Shown: one piece after another, positions 1 to 10,975 of the stretch | Position numbering within the stretch: the first letter of the stretch is position 1 | Layout: each line of letters begins with the position of its first letter | NCBI GenBank assembly: GCA_963818475.1 | Contig: CAWFSF010000005.1 | Coordinates: 608,001 to 672,000, forward strand | DNA: 64,000 bases | Source of the DNA: Nitrospirota bacterium | Lineage (GTDB): Bacteria; Nitrospirota; UBA9217 | Reading direction: 5' to 3' | The notes under the pieces: model-generated | The model's database searches: none | Seen by the model: the letters and a program-made list of their open reading frames with translations, nothing else | Told to the model about the DNA's origin: nothing | Translations under genes and position numbers: made by a program

Positions 1-417
1 AATGATACGACTCCCCGGATGAGGCAGCCGGGTGATGAGCGTTTCGAGCGCTGCCTCAGCATCACGGTGAACTCCCTGCACATCCGGCTGTCCTCCGGAA
101 CGGCCATATCCGCGGTAGTCGAAAATAAAGAGGTTGTAGCCCGCCTCGACGAGCCACCGGTCGAGCCGCACATGGGTACTGATATTCTCGACGTTCCCAT
201 GGCAGACCAGGATGGTGCCGCGGGCTTCCGGACGCGTGAAGTACCATCCAAAGAGCTTCACCCCGTCAGGCGACGTGAAATATACGTCTTCGGGAGATAA
301 TCGCTCTGTCGCCGGATCGTTTACGAACAGATTTCCGGGCTTGAAAAAAAGACCGGTACACCCCGCGAAGACCAGGAGCAGCGCCACCAACAGGATAAAA
401 TACAGATGTCGTTTCAT
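1..417 (-). CDS. Alpha/beta-hydrolase lipoprotein (YfhR-like), truncated at the window edge
   Basis: Manual translation from ATG 417: MKRHLYFILLVALLLVFAGC (lipobox)...DGVKLFGWYF...ILVCHGNVENIS...FIFDYRGYGRS. Confidence 0.8.
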   Translation of the reverse strand, partial: MKRHLYFILLVALLLVFAGCTGLFFKPGNLFVNDPATERLSPEDVYFTSPDGVKLFGWYFTRPEARGTILVCHGNVENISTHVRLDRWLVEAGYNLFIFDYRGYGRSGGQPDVQGVHRDAEAALETLITRLPHPGSRII

Positions 418-589
418 GCCGATACGTTGTCCGGTCATGAACCCTCCCGGGAATCGACCAGAACGGTCACGGGCCCGTCGTCCAGGAACCGAGGAAATTG
501 ACCTCCTATAGTCCCCTTATAAACGGTTTTACACTAAATGCATCAACGTATGAAAAAGTGCCAAAAGCTTTAAGTTTCTCATGATTTCA

Positions 590-1075
590 TTATTCTGGCT
601 GCGATAATAATTCGGTCAATCTATTTCTTGAAGGGTAAATAATATCGCTAATTCGCCATCCGCTTTTTGTATTTCTTAATTCGTAAATCAAGCTTTTGCG
701 ACTCAGATTTGTAAATGTAACTTTGAAACGTAATGGCGATTGTTTTGAGTTAATTTCCTTTATTTCTAAATTGAGCGGAGAGTTGCCATAATCTTGTGCA
801 TCAAATATAGGGTCCATATTGAGATTGCACACTTGGTGAGTCCGATTTGCACATTCCTCATTGCTCAGGAATAACACTGTTAAATCTTCAGTAAAATATC
901 TGCTCAGAGTTTTGTCATCGTCGAACATGATTTCTTTGCCATTCTGTGGCTGGTGTTCTTCGTAAAGCTTAAAGATGAGGTTTTCTGGCTTATTGGACGT
1001 CTTATTTCCGGCGTCAGCATAAACACAACTAAGGAAAAACATGAAGAAGGCCAAATAGATTATTTTGTTTTTCAT
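590..1075 (-). CDS. Secreted DUF3828/YbjP-like protein, putative orphan immunity protein
   Basis: Signal peptide MKNKIIYLAFFMFFLSCVYA; motifs C..C.L.MDPIFDAQD and GWRISDI; AT-rich; lies at the tail of an Rhs locus. Confidence 0.6.
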   Translation of the reverse strand: MKNKIIYLAFFMFFLSCVYADAGNKTSNKPENLIFKLYEEHQPQNGKEIMFDDDKTLSRYFTEDLTVLFLSNEECANRTHQVCNLNMDPIFDAQDYGNSPLNLEIKEINSKQSPLRFKVTFTNLSRKSLIYELRNTKSGWRISDIIYPSRNRLTELLSQPE

Positions 1076-1117
1076 GACATTCTTCCCCCTATCAATCATC
1101 TTTAGAGCTACCACTTT

Positions 1118-1861
1118 GGGGACGTACCACTTTGGGCGTTGTGTCCGTGCTGTCTTTTCGTAAAACTCAGAATTCAAGAGCGCCTCTTCGTCCGCGCAAT
1201 TGCCTTTGCAATGCTGGACGTATTCACCCCGACATGCCGCGCGATCTCGGCGAGCGGCGAACCCAGTTCATCAACGCATCGCTTGGGCTCACCTGTTTTC
1301 TTCGGCCGCCGTTCTTAAGCTCTGCACGCTTCGTTGATGATCGATGCGATGGTCTTTCCGCTTCGGCGGATTTTCAACTGGCGTTTTGTCTTTTCCTCGG
1401 TTTCCTTGAGGATAGCATTCACGAAATCGCCGCCACCAAGAATGCGCTCATCAGATTCTTCTGGTGTTCCCGTCCTTCGGGCAGACAGGACCTGGGACCA
1501 GCCGCCCTTGCTTCTGATCAGTCCGCCGCCGGTAAACTCCGGATTGTGCCCCATGCTCATGCCTTCCGCAATGAATCGGTGATATGCGTTTCGGGCAGCT
1601 TTCTGACCTCGTGAGGGACAATACAGGGCCTCTCATAGAACTTGAGAATCTGGATAAAGGATGCTTGGCGGCAACGGCACGCCGGATATTTATAACGCTT
1701 AGAGAGCAAGTTCGCTTTACGTGAGAAAATCGTCGAAGAAAATGCTGATGTCCGAACAGGACGCATGGGTGAAGTGCGTCTTCAAGAAAAACCGTCAGTT
1801 ATCGTATTGGAATTTCAGCGAAAGCAAGTTGCGCTTGACAAGGGGGCTATAGGATGTCCCC
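1118..1861. mobile_element. Non-autonomous Y1/RAYT-derived element with GGGGAC...GTCCCC ends
   Basis: Carries a degenerate transposase C-terminus on - (EFTGGGLIRSKGGWSQVL...DERILGGGDFV, homologous to 18532-19500); near-identical to 24240-25227 apart from internal deletions. Confidence 0.75.
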
Positions 1862-1871
1862 AAGTGTCCTC

Positions 1872-2536
1872 TTATTCACTGAAACGGTTAATTTCCTGGA
1901 TAACCTGTAGTAACCTTTTGATCGCTTGTTTTTATCTTCCGGACATTCTTCTTCAAGACTGCAACGTCCTTCGACTCGTATGAGTTTAAGACAATCGTAT
2001 GTTCCTTTTCTCTCGTTGACGTCTATCCGTGACAATGCAGTCACAGTGCTCTGGAGTTTTTTAGCGAACAGTTTGGCCGTATAATCACAAAATAGCTCAC
2101 TCACTGCGCCATCCGAATGAACAACACCGATCAAGATTTTTTCAATGGCTCTTTCGTTGCCCTTCAAAGCTATTTCCGCCCAGTGCGCTCCACTGACGTA
2201 TAAAAATCTTGGCGTAAAGCGTTTCAACTCAATATTTTCATATAGGTCACGCATGATCCCGTTAGAGTCAACAGGAAACTTGTCCACATATTGATCCTCA
2301 TATTTTTCAGAAGCCGCCAAATAAAGAGCCAGAGAGTATGCTCTTGTAAGAGTTGAATTGTTCAATCTCTCGATCTCTATTTTCAAACTTTCTAATGCCT
2401 GTACGTTACGAACTTTGGCATAATTAAATACTTTTGCCAGATAAGTATCCGTTTCATTCGACTCCGTCTCGCCATGCGCTAATTGCAAGCCGACTAACAT
2501 GCAAAATAACAAAGTAAGTAAAATAATCGTTTTCAT
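1872..2536 (-). CDS. Putative periplasmic immunity protein for the upstream Rhs tip (probable frameshift near the 3' end)
   Basis: Signal peptide MKTIILLTLLFCMLVGLQLAHG; AT-rich; directly downstream of the Rhs C-terminus. Confidence 0.6.
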
Positions 2537-2572
2537 TTTTCCTCTCACCCTCTATACCATAAAGAGAGGTCG

Positions 2573-5500
2573 TCATACTAAAATGACGTAAGACGGTTGT
2601 ATAGTAATAGTTGTTGGCGGATCAAATTGCAATATATCCATAGCATCACATGTAGTTCTTACACAACCCTCTGTTCGAGCTTGTGGCCCGCCCCGATTAG
2701 CCCGTCCACAATGAAGTCCAACTCGCTGTTCTTGGGGTCAAACGTGGTGGAACAAGTGGTAAAATTATTGGTATAAAACCAGTTCCAAATGCAGAATTTG
2801 GATCATTCCCGGTAGGAATATAGTTTCGCCATGGGGAACGTATTTCCATAGGGGGCTGGACCTATGACTATTGGGGATTTAAGGATCGCCAATGGGGTTT
2901 ATTGTATTGTTCCTAGCTGGAAAGTATAGAATTGGTGCCAAGGGCGGCCTCATCTGTAATCAATTATAAGATCCTCCTAGCGAATTGGATCAACCATTAC
3001 ATCAGAAGAGACCGCTTCGGGTCTTTTCAGGTTCACCGGGTCGGATTCCCCACATACCCGAACAGATTCACATTCACCGCCGGCGAAATCGATTGGATCT
3101 TTTGCCATCCATCGGCTGATCGAGCCGGATCATAATCTCGAAACCCGAAGCGCACGAGGCCGGTATCTTTGTCATGCAACCCACCAGCGAACCCGAACGG
3201 CAACGCTGAATGATCGAATTACTTTCGTAGATTATAGCTACCGAATGAATCATAAAGCAGCTCTTTGACTACTGCTCCTGATGACATCCATCACAGCCCT
3301 CAGCGAACCAATCTGATCATAAAGCGAGATAGTACGTAACTCCGCTCTTCGTCATGGATACCGGCATGCGCCCATCAGCGTAAGTTAAAGCGCATCACAA
3401 GATTATTGCTGCCATCATAAACCGCCAGGAGACGGGTCATGTCCCTGCCAGAGATATTTCTCCGATAACCGTACCATTTACACGTTTCGCAATCCTTCTC
3501 CCCATCGGATCATGATCATAGCTGATGACCGTACCATTCGGCAGCATCGCGGCTAACAGCTCACCTCGTGAAGAGTAATTGAACGTCGTTGTTCCCTGCG
3601 GATGAGTTATCTTGCTCGTCAGAAAACCGTCTTGATCAAACTGATATCGTGTCGCTTCCCGCTGTCAGAACATGGTCCTCGGCTGAATAGGTGTACGTCT
3701 TATTTGTGTACCGCAGGTCATTGGTCTCTGTCAGCCTGTTGCCGTCCGCGTCGTACGAGTAGCTTTCAACGAGAGCATTATTCTGCTTCACCGTAGAAAG
3801 CCTGCCGAGTTCATCATCCCCGTAATCCCAGACCATGACGGCATCCTGCATATATTCGACCTTCCGCACGATGCGGCCTGCGTTGTCGCGGGCTACGGTC
3901 CAATCGTAGATCGGCGTATTGTTGGCGGAATAGGTGTTTCCATCCATTTCTCCGTATCCGTTAAATGTTCTGTTCACGGTAAGAGTACCATCACTAACGC
4001 TTTCCGGCAAGCCGTTTTGTGCGTTTCTCGCAACCGTGTATGTCCCTGCGCTGGTCAACAAACCGTCGTTGTCGTACCCGAAGCTCTGGCTTGCTCCGGC
4101 GTAGGTCATTGACGAAAGCTTGAATTCGTTGTTGTAGGTATAGCTGATGCTCTGGCTGAGGGTGCCGGTTCGCGTGTCGGTTTTCACGAGCGTGCCGTCG
4201 TAGGTAAAGGCGTTGCTCTCTCCGCCCCTGGTCACGCTGGACAGGTTGCTTCCGCAGCCGTAGGCATAGCTGATCGCGCCTTCTGGCGTTGCCGTGTTCG
4301 TGAGCAGGCCATGCGTGTAGGTGTTGCTGATCATCTTCCCGGACGGGAATGTAATGGTCTTGAGCTTTCGTTCCTTGTCATAGCCATACTGATAGCTGCC
4401 CGAGAGCGGCGTGGTCCAGATATTTCGCTGTTTGGTGGCGGTATAGCCGAAGGTGTTGGTGACGCTCATGGGATTGGTCAGCACGGTCATGCTGCCGTTC
4501 AGATCGTAGTCGTATTGAATCAGCGACCCATCGGGCCGCTGGAGAGTGCGCAGCCTGCCCATAACGTCATACGTGTAATCGACTTTTTTATTGTCTGGCG
4601 AAATGATGTAATCGTAGTAGCCGTTCGTGTCGTAGGCAACCGTGGTCGTCCTCTGGCCGCCGCCGGCCACGGTCTTGATCGTTCGGACATCGTTTACGCT
4701 TGTCGATCCGTCTCCTTTAAACAGGGTCATCGGATCCCAGGGACTCAGATAATGATGAGAAGAAAGGGTCCATCCGTCAGCGATAGAGCTGAATCCACGG
4801 TTCAAGGTTACACGAGTGTTTTTCCAAACAATAGCTTCTTCCCTCCCGATGACAGCTGTTGAACCGCTACCGATGCGTTCCCATGCCCGGTACCAGCCGC
4901 CGGCCGCCGAATAATAAACCACCCGGTAACCGTATCCTATGCTGATATCGGCCACCCTCGAACCAACCACAGGCCTTCCGAAGCTGGTCAAGCCCGTCCC
5001 ATATGAATTCTGTCTTCTGATGCGGACCAGGCGGAAGAACTGTTTGGAACACTCGCCCCGAACCTCATCCTGACTATAATCTTGGCGAGGCTCGCCGGTA
5101 CCGTTTGACCGCTTGCGGGTATCGTCACGACTGTTTTGTAACCCCGAACCCTGCTGGTTGCGTAATGGAGCGTCATGCTCGTGCCGGGAATGGGGAGCTC
5201 TTCATGAACGACGCGAGTCTGGCGCTCGCAGTACGATCCGTTTTTCATCCGCATTTCCAGTTCCGCAGGTAACAAATTGCGGCGGGTCCTTCTTTTTTTG
5301 CTGATCCACAATCGGTTCCCCATCTGGGTTAGGCCCTACGGCATCGCCCGGAAGACCTGCCTCCGGCCAGTTGAAATCCCACGGGGTGAAATGGTCCACC
5401 TTTATACGCCAAAAAGTGGCATTGGGTCTGAACTGCACAGGATCGGCAAGGCCTGGTGCAGTAAATTCATCGGGCTGCCCGTCGCCGGTCGTGTCCAAAG

Positions 5501-7564
5501 CATCGGTGATTCCGTCGCCGTTCGTATCGAGCAGTTTCACAACGACACCGTTGTCCGAGGCCATCCATACGCCCTTGGTCCGGTGTAATATCCCACAGGA
5601 ACAATTTCTCCCACATTGAACCCGAGGAAGTTATCAACGTATGTTGTCACGGGCTTATCGAACTTCACGCTCCTGCGCCGTCCACGGATAGTTCGGAACA
5701 GTAGGTAAAGGTCGATGTAGGTGGCAGTTTGGCAGGCATGCTCTCCGGCGTCTCGATCTCCGTTGCCCGGGTCGTGATGGTCGTCATGACGGTCTGATTA
5801 CCGTTTGCATCTGTTACCGTGGCCCGGTTGTCACCCGCAAATACCATGGAGAGCGCTCGGCTGCCGGACTCATCTGTTACCGTCGAGCTGATATGGACCA
5901 TTACTGTTGACGGGTTCCCATCAAAAGTAATGGTGGTTCCCTTCGTGTCTTCGGCAAGCATAGTGACCGGTTCGGTATTTATCGTATCGTTCCAGGGGGT
6001 ATTGACTTGTCTGTGACTTGTGATCAAACCGCTTTTTTCGAACACAACCGTAACTGCGCCGCCGCCGTCCACGGGTATTGAATATCTGCTTGTACCATCC
6101 GTCTTTGCTGACCGATATTCCGGAAGTCCGAGGAACGAGACTTTGATATCGGATACTGGATTCTGACTCCTGTCTTGAACAAGACGGTTACTACAGCGAA
6201 CCGTTTCGCGGTATAGGCCGGTATGGTGGCGTCAAGGGGGATGAGGTCTTCGTATTGCTTGCCAAAGGAACCTGCGGCAAGTGGCTCGACCGTCGTGTTG
6301 GCAGGCTGGGACACGGTTAGTATAAAGTACTGAGTTTCGCCGCCTCCGGAACCGGGGTTGATGACGTTTACTGGATATAAGCCGGAAGTCGTCAAGAGCG
6401 AGGCAGGAATGGTGGTTTCTATCCGGGTTTTGTTCACAAACTGTGTTGCATAAAGTTGTCCATTAATGTACACGGTGGAACTCCTGACAAAGTTGTCGCC
6501 TGTCAGGACCAGCGAGGTATCTGCGCTGTTTGCCTTGATCATTGAAGGATCTATGGAAGAAAGGGACGGAGCGGGATTTTGGACAGTGACAAAGCTGCTA
6601 TCGACAAGCCGCCGCCCGGCTTGGGATTTGCAACGTTGATGTCGAGATAGCCGCCGTTCGGTTGAAAGAAGAGAGTACGATATCCTTCTGTCTGTTCGGC
6701 AATATAAAAGATGCCTTGATTGCTCCCGTTAATCCGTCCAATACCTGGAGCCATGCTTTGTCTTCGCCTCCGACTATCGAGAGCGTATTCAAACAATCAT
6801 TGTACGCAAGGGCTTTCGGATGTTTTTGCACGGAAAACGTTCCGGTCACAAGACGCGTGCCAGATCGATCGTCGGTGACCGTATCGCTCTTTTCATTTGC
6901 GACGGCTGCCTGGTGAGTGGACGCGTTGATCGCGATATCGACGAGGGAGTTGCCTGCTTGAAGGATTTTGACTACGGAAAGCGTGTTCAGGTCGATGATA
7001 GTAATGTTGTCATACGCTCCGCTGTCCTGTCCGTCGTCGTCTGTGTCGATTTCGTGGGCGATCACGGCTATGCGGAGCCCGGGATCCACGGCAACTGAAA
7101 CAGGTTTCTTCAACACCTAGATCGTAGTGATGGTCTCGTAGGTGACGAGATCAATTATGGAGACAATGCCCTGCTTATGGGTGATAACTGCCTGTCCGGC
7201 GTCTGTGTCGATGGCTATGGACGTAGGGTCGCTGGTGATTTTGATGTTTTGCAGTATGTCGTAGGTATCTACTGACAGGATGTGAAGTTTTCTTTCTCCA
7301 GCCGCTGCTACTATCCGCCTTTGACTGTCCACGGCAACGGCCAATATCTCCTTGTCGCGAAGAATGGTATTCGTAACTGTTCTGGTTTTACCATCAAGAA
7401 CGTCAATGCCTTCATGTTCCATTGATAGCAAAAACCTTTGTAGTGGAGGAACTGATTGCCAGTGAGCTGTAGACGGCCTTCGTGCTCGAATGGCTGGTAT
7501 GAGCGCCTAGAACCAGGATAACCACTGCGACGACCGACATGACTGCATATCGGGATTTTTTCAT
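2573..7564 (-). pseudogene. Large teneurin-like YD/Rhs protein (signal peptide, YVTN propeller, IPT/TIG, YD repeats, Rhs core, toxin tip), heavily frameshifted
   Basis: Consecutive ORF pieces 7412-7621, 7117-7431, 6598-7116, 6024-6542, 5665-6072, 5202-5564 (HFTPWDFNWP), 4988-5323 and 3636-4991 (YD repeats); Rhs core motifs PFGFAGGL.D.DTGLVRFGFRDYD near 3130-3200. Confidence 0.75.
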
Positions 7565-7695
7565 GAGCTCCCGGCTACCAGAAGTTTGCCTGATCTCAAT
7601 ACCTATTAATTTTGAGCGCATTTTTGTGAAACTCTCAAATTGTTTCCTTAAATGTTATTGCAATATTCAGAGGGACAGCTTACAATTTATGCCTG

Positions 7696-8778
7696 ATGCA
7701 GGACATCCCATTCACCATGAACAACGATAAAGAACGCAGGGACCTCAAAGGTCTCACGCCAAAGGACATCGACCGCTTTTGCACGGAAACGATGGGGCAG
7801 AAACCGGGCCAGGGAACGCGGGCGGCCGTCTGGTTGTTCCGGAAAAGGGTCGAGGACTTCGATCTGATGACGGACTTAAACCGCCCCTTTCGCGAACAGC
7901 TGAAGCGGCATTGCCGGATCTCGCAGCTTGCGATCGAACAGCAGAGTACGTCTGAGGACGGGACCGTGAAGTTGCTTTATCGGCTGGATGACGGCAATAC
8001 GGTAGAAGGTGTGCTCATCCCCGGCCCCGGCAGGCTCTCACTCTGCGTCTCCACCCAGGTCGGCTGCGCATCAGGCTGCGCATTCTGCCGAACCGGCGAG
8101 AGCGGGCTGAAGCGCAATCTCTCTGCTGCCGAGATCGTGAACCAGGTCTTTGCAGCACAGAGGGTCGCTGTTGCCCCGATCACGAATATCGTGCTCATGG
8201 GGACCGGCGAGCCGCTCAGCAATTATGACGCGGTAAAGACATTTGTTCAGGCAGCAACGGACCGGTACGGCATGGGGTTCTCGAACAGAAAGGTGACGAT
8301 CTCCACCTGCGGACTTGCGCCGATGATCGAGAAGATGGCTGAAGACAAGGAGATGGATGCGAGCCTTGCCGTGTCTCTGAATGCTGCCACGGACGCGGTG
8401 CGTGACCAGATCATGCCGGTGAACAGAACCTACCCCATAGCGCGGCTCATGCAAGCCCTTCATCATTACGGTAAAACAACGGGCAAGACCGTGACGATCG
8501 AATATGTTCTGTTTAAGGGATTGAACGATTCAGACGAGGACGCGGGCCGTCTCATGGAACTGCTCAAAGGACTTCCTTGCATGATCAATGTGCTGATGTT
8601 CAACCCCTTCCCGGGTGCCCCCTTCCAGAGGCCGGACGAAGAACGGGTCTATGCGTTCAGGAACATTCTTTTGAACCACGGATTCGTTGCGGTGGTCAGG
8701 AACAGCCGGGGCAAGGACATCAATGCCGCCTGTGGCCAGCTCAGGGCAGTAGCCGACAGTCAGCCCTCGCGGTCATAG
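7696..8778 (+). CDS. rlmN: 23S rRNA/tRNA m2A methyltransferase RlmN (radical SAM)
   Basis: CVSTQVGCASGCAFC, MGTGEP and C-terminal INAACGQL. Confidence 0.9.
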   Translation: MQDIPFTMNNDKERRDLKGLTPKDIDRFCTETMGQKPGQGTRAAVWLFRKRVEDFDLMTDLNRPFREQLKRHCRISQLAIEQQSTSEDGTVKLLYRLDDGNTVEGVLIPGPGRLSLCVSTQVGCASGCAFCRTGESGLKRNLSAAEIVNQVFAAQRVAVAPITNIVLMGTGEPLSNYDAVKTFVQAATDRYGMGFSNRKVTISTCGLAPMIEKMAEDKEMDASLAVSLNAATDAVRDQIMPVNRTYPIARLMQALHHYGKTTGKTVTIEYVLFKGLNDSDEDAGRLMELLKGLPCMINVLMFNPFPGAPFQRPDEERVYAFRNILLNHGFVAVVRNSRGKDINAACGQLRAVADSQPSRS

Positions 8779-8782
8779 AAAT

Positions 8783-8810
8783 AAAAAAAGGGGCGGCAAG
8801 CCGTCCCTTT
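8783..8810. terminator. Intrinsic, probably bidirectional terminator
   Basis: AAAAAAAGGGGCGGCAAGCCGTCCCTTT hairpin between convergent genes. Confidence 0.7.
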
Positions 8811-8837
8811 ACATGATCTTCCGTTTACCGGCAACTG

Positions 8838-9812
8838 TTAATAGTTCGCCACATCCCCGCCGGCTTCCAAGAGGTCCTTCATCACATCGGCGCGCCTGAT
8901 GACGATCAGGGATTTGGTCCATCCCAGTGAATAGCGGTCAATGATCATTTCGCGCGCCGTGTCGGAGGCACTTTTGTCTTCGCGCTTCTGGCATGCGCCG
9001 TTCAAGCAGACCTCCAACTCTCTTTTGCTGGTCCCGGTCGGCGTGATCCCGTTAAAGACGATCTCGCGCCACCGCACCAGGAAGGCATCGCTTTTCCCGG
9101 TCTCATCGGTGTACACAAAGGTCGACGACCACTCCTTCTTGCATGGACCGGTCTCGCAGAGCAGCATGCCCTGTTTGGTCCGGTAGTATTTTCCCGACTG
9201 GTCCTTGGTTTCCGAGTACTTGGTGATGACCTGCCGATTGACCTTGCTGGTGACATGAAGCTCGGGCACCTCGGTTTCCGGGTAGACCTTGATGATGTTC
9301 AGGTGCAGGTCGCGGAACGCTTCTTTCGGGTTCTTCGTTTCTGCTTTTTTCGGCTCGTGTTTTTTTATTTCTGCTTTTTTCGGCTCCGGTTTTTTGGGCT
9401 CTACCATCGCCTTTTTTTGCTCTTCCGCCTTTGCAGCCTCTGCTTTTTTCTTGCGTGCCGCCTCTGCGCGCTCAGCATCAGTCGTGTCGATGAGTTGCTG
9501 TTCGTCAAACCGCGCTTCCAGCCGCAGCGTCTCGTTCTTCACCACGCTGAACGTTCCTGAAACCACCTTGCCTTCTGTCCGGCATGACACCATATGATCC
9601 CCGACCGGCACGCTTTCGATCAACGTATTGACCCTGCCGCTCGCGATTTCATCGATGAACACCTTTGCATCAAGAACCGCGCTTTTGACCATTACTGAGC
9701 CATATCTCGCAATAACAAGCTCAGCCTCCTCACTCCCTGCCATTGGCACCTGGCCCGGAGCCAGAGAGAATCCTACCAGGAACACCGCCAGATAAAAAGC
9801 TCTGCATCGCAT
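8838..9812 (-). CDS. Exported hypothetical protein (PEGA-like N-domain, Lys/Ala/Glu-rich linker)
   Basis: Signal peptide, AKVFIDE...G.H.V segment and KKPEPKKAE linker. Confidence 0.6.
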   Translation of the reverse strand: MRCRAFYLAVFLVGFSLAPGQVPMAGSEEAELVIARYGSVMVKSAVLDAKVFIDEIASGRVNTLIESVPVGDHMVSCRTEGKVVSGTFSVVKNETLRLEARFDEQQLIDTTDAERAEAARKKKAEAAKAEEQKKAMVEPKKPEPKKAEIKKHEPKKAETKNPKEAFRDLHLNIIKVYPETEVPELHVTSKVNRQVITKYSETKDQSGKYYRTKQGMLLCETGPCKKEWSSTFVYTDETGKSDAFLVRWREIVFNGITPTGTSKRELEVCLNGACQKREDKSASDTAREMIIDRYSLGWTKSLIVIRRADVMKDLLEAGGDVANY

Positions 9813-9949
9813 TGTCGCACTGCCCTCCCGTTACAAAAGGTAACCACTTGCCGACATCGTGCCGGATTTCTAAAATACTATAGCACAAAAAATCCACCGT
9901 GCTGACAAAAAACTCACTAGCGTAAACTGCAGATTATAAAACAGAACCA

Positions 9950-10891
9950 CTACACCGGCGACCGAAGCCGTTCGATGATCCCTGCCATGTCCTGCGGCGG
10001 CGGGACACTAAAGGTCATGGGGTGGCCGGTTTCCGGGTGAAACAGCGACAGCGACGCTGCGTGAAGCATCTGGCGAGGGACGGGAAGCTCGCCGATTTTG
10101 GCGATCTTCGCGCCTCCGTAGGTACGGTCGCCGAGCACCGGGTGGCCGATATGCGCCATATGCACACGGATCTGATGCGTTCGCCCGGTCTTGATCTCGA
10201 CCTCGACCAGCGTTGCCTGCTTGAAGCGTTCTTTGACCCGGTACAGGGTAACGGCTTCCCGCGCCTTGTTCGTATGCACGCTGATCTTTTTCCGCTCCCG
10301 CACATGCCTGCCGAGAGCGACATCGATAGTGCCCGATCCCTTTTTGATCACGCCGGCGACCAGCGCCAGATACCGCTTCTGCACCGACCGGTTCTTGAAC
10401 TGTGCCGACAGGGAGCGAAGTGCCGACAGGGTCCGGGCGATCGCCAGGACGCCCGATGTGTCCTTGTCGAGCCGGTGCACGATGCCGGCACGTTCCCGTT
10501 CGGCTCCCGGCAGACCGGCCGAGGGAAGGCTTCCGTAATGATGCAGCAGCGCGTTCACCAGCGTACCCGTGAAGTTGCCCGGCGCCGGATGCACCACGAT
10601 ACCGGGCGGTTTGTTCAGGATGATCAACTGGCGGTCCTCGTAGATCACGGAAAGCGCGATCGGCTCGGCCAGGACGTCATGGACCTTTTTCTCGGGCAGA
10701 TCGACTGAAATGCCTTCCCCGAGCTTGACCTTGTAGCCGGGCTTCTCGCTCCTGCCTTGGACAAGAGCCATGCCGTCCCTGATCAGCGTTTGGATGCGAT
10801 TGCGGGACACGTGCGGCTCGTAATGCCCGATGTAGATGTCAAGGCGCTTGCCGACGTGCTTGTCAGTGACGGTGTGCGTTATGATGGGCAT
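9950..10891 (-). CDS. rluD: RluA/RluD-family pseudouridine synthase
   Basis: S4 domain, NKPPGIVVHP, HRLDKDTSG, TGRTHQIRVH. Confidence 0.9.
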   Translation of the reverse strand: MPIITHTVTDKHVGKRLDIYIGHYEPHVSRNRIQTLIRDGMALVQGRSEKPGYKVKLGEGISVDLPEKKVHDVLAEPIALSVIYEDRQLIILNKPPGIVVHPAPGNFTGTLVNALLHHYGSLPSAGLPGAERERAGIVHRLDKDTSGVLAIARTLSALRSLSAQFKNRSVQKRYLALVAGVIKKGSGTIDVALGRHVRERKKISVHTNKAREAVTLYRVKERFKQATLVEVEIKTGRTHQIRVHMAHIGHPVLGDRTYGGAKIAKIGELPVPRQMLHAASLSLFHPETGHPMTFSVPPPQDMAGIIERLRSPV

Positions 10892-10975
10892 GAGCAATTT
10901 AAGGCAGCGTGCAAGACGAAAACCGATGCAAGTGCCGACGGCAACCGCCGACTCACCCTTTGCACGCTGCATTTT

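Noticed and set aside
1835-1855. TTGACA...TATAGG as an outward promoter
   Set aside because: The spacing is far below 16-18 nt; it is more likely part of the element end
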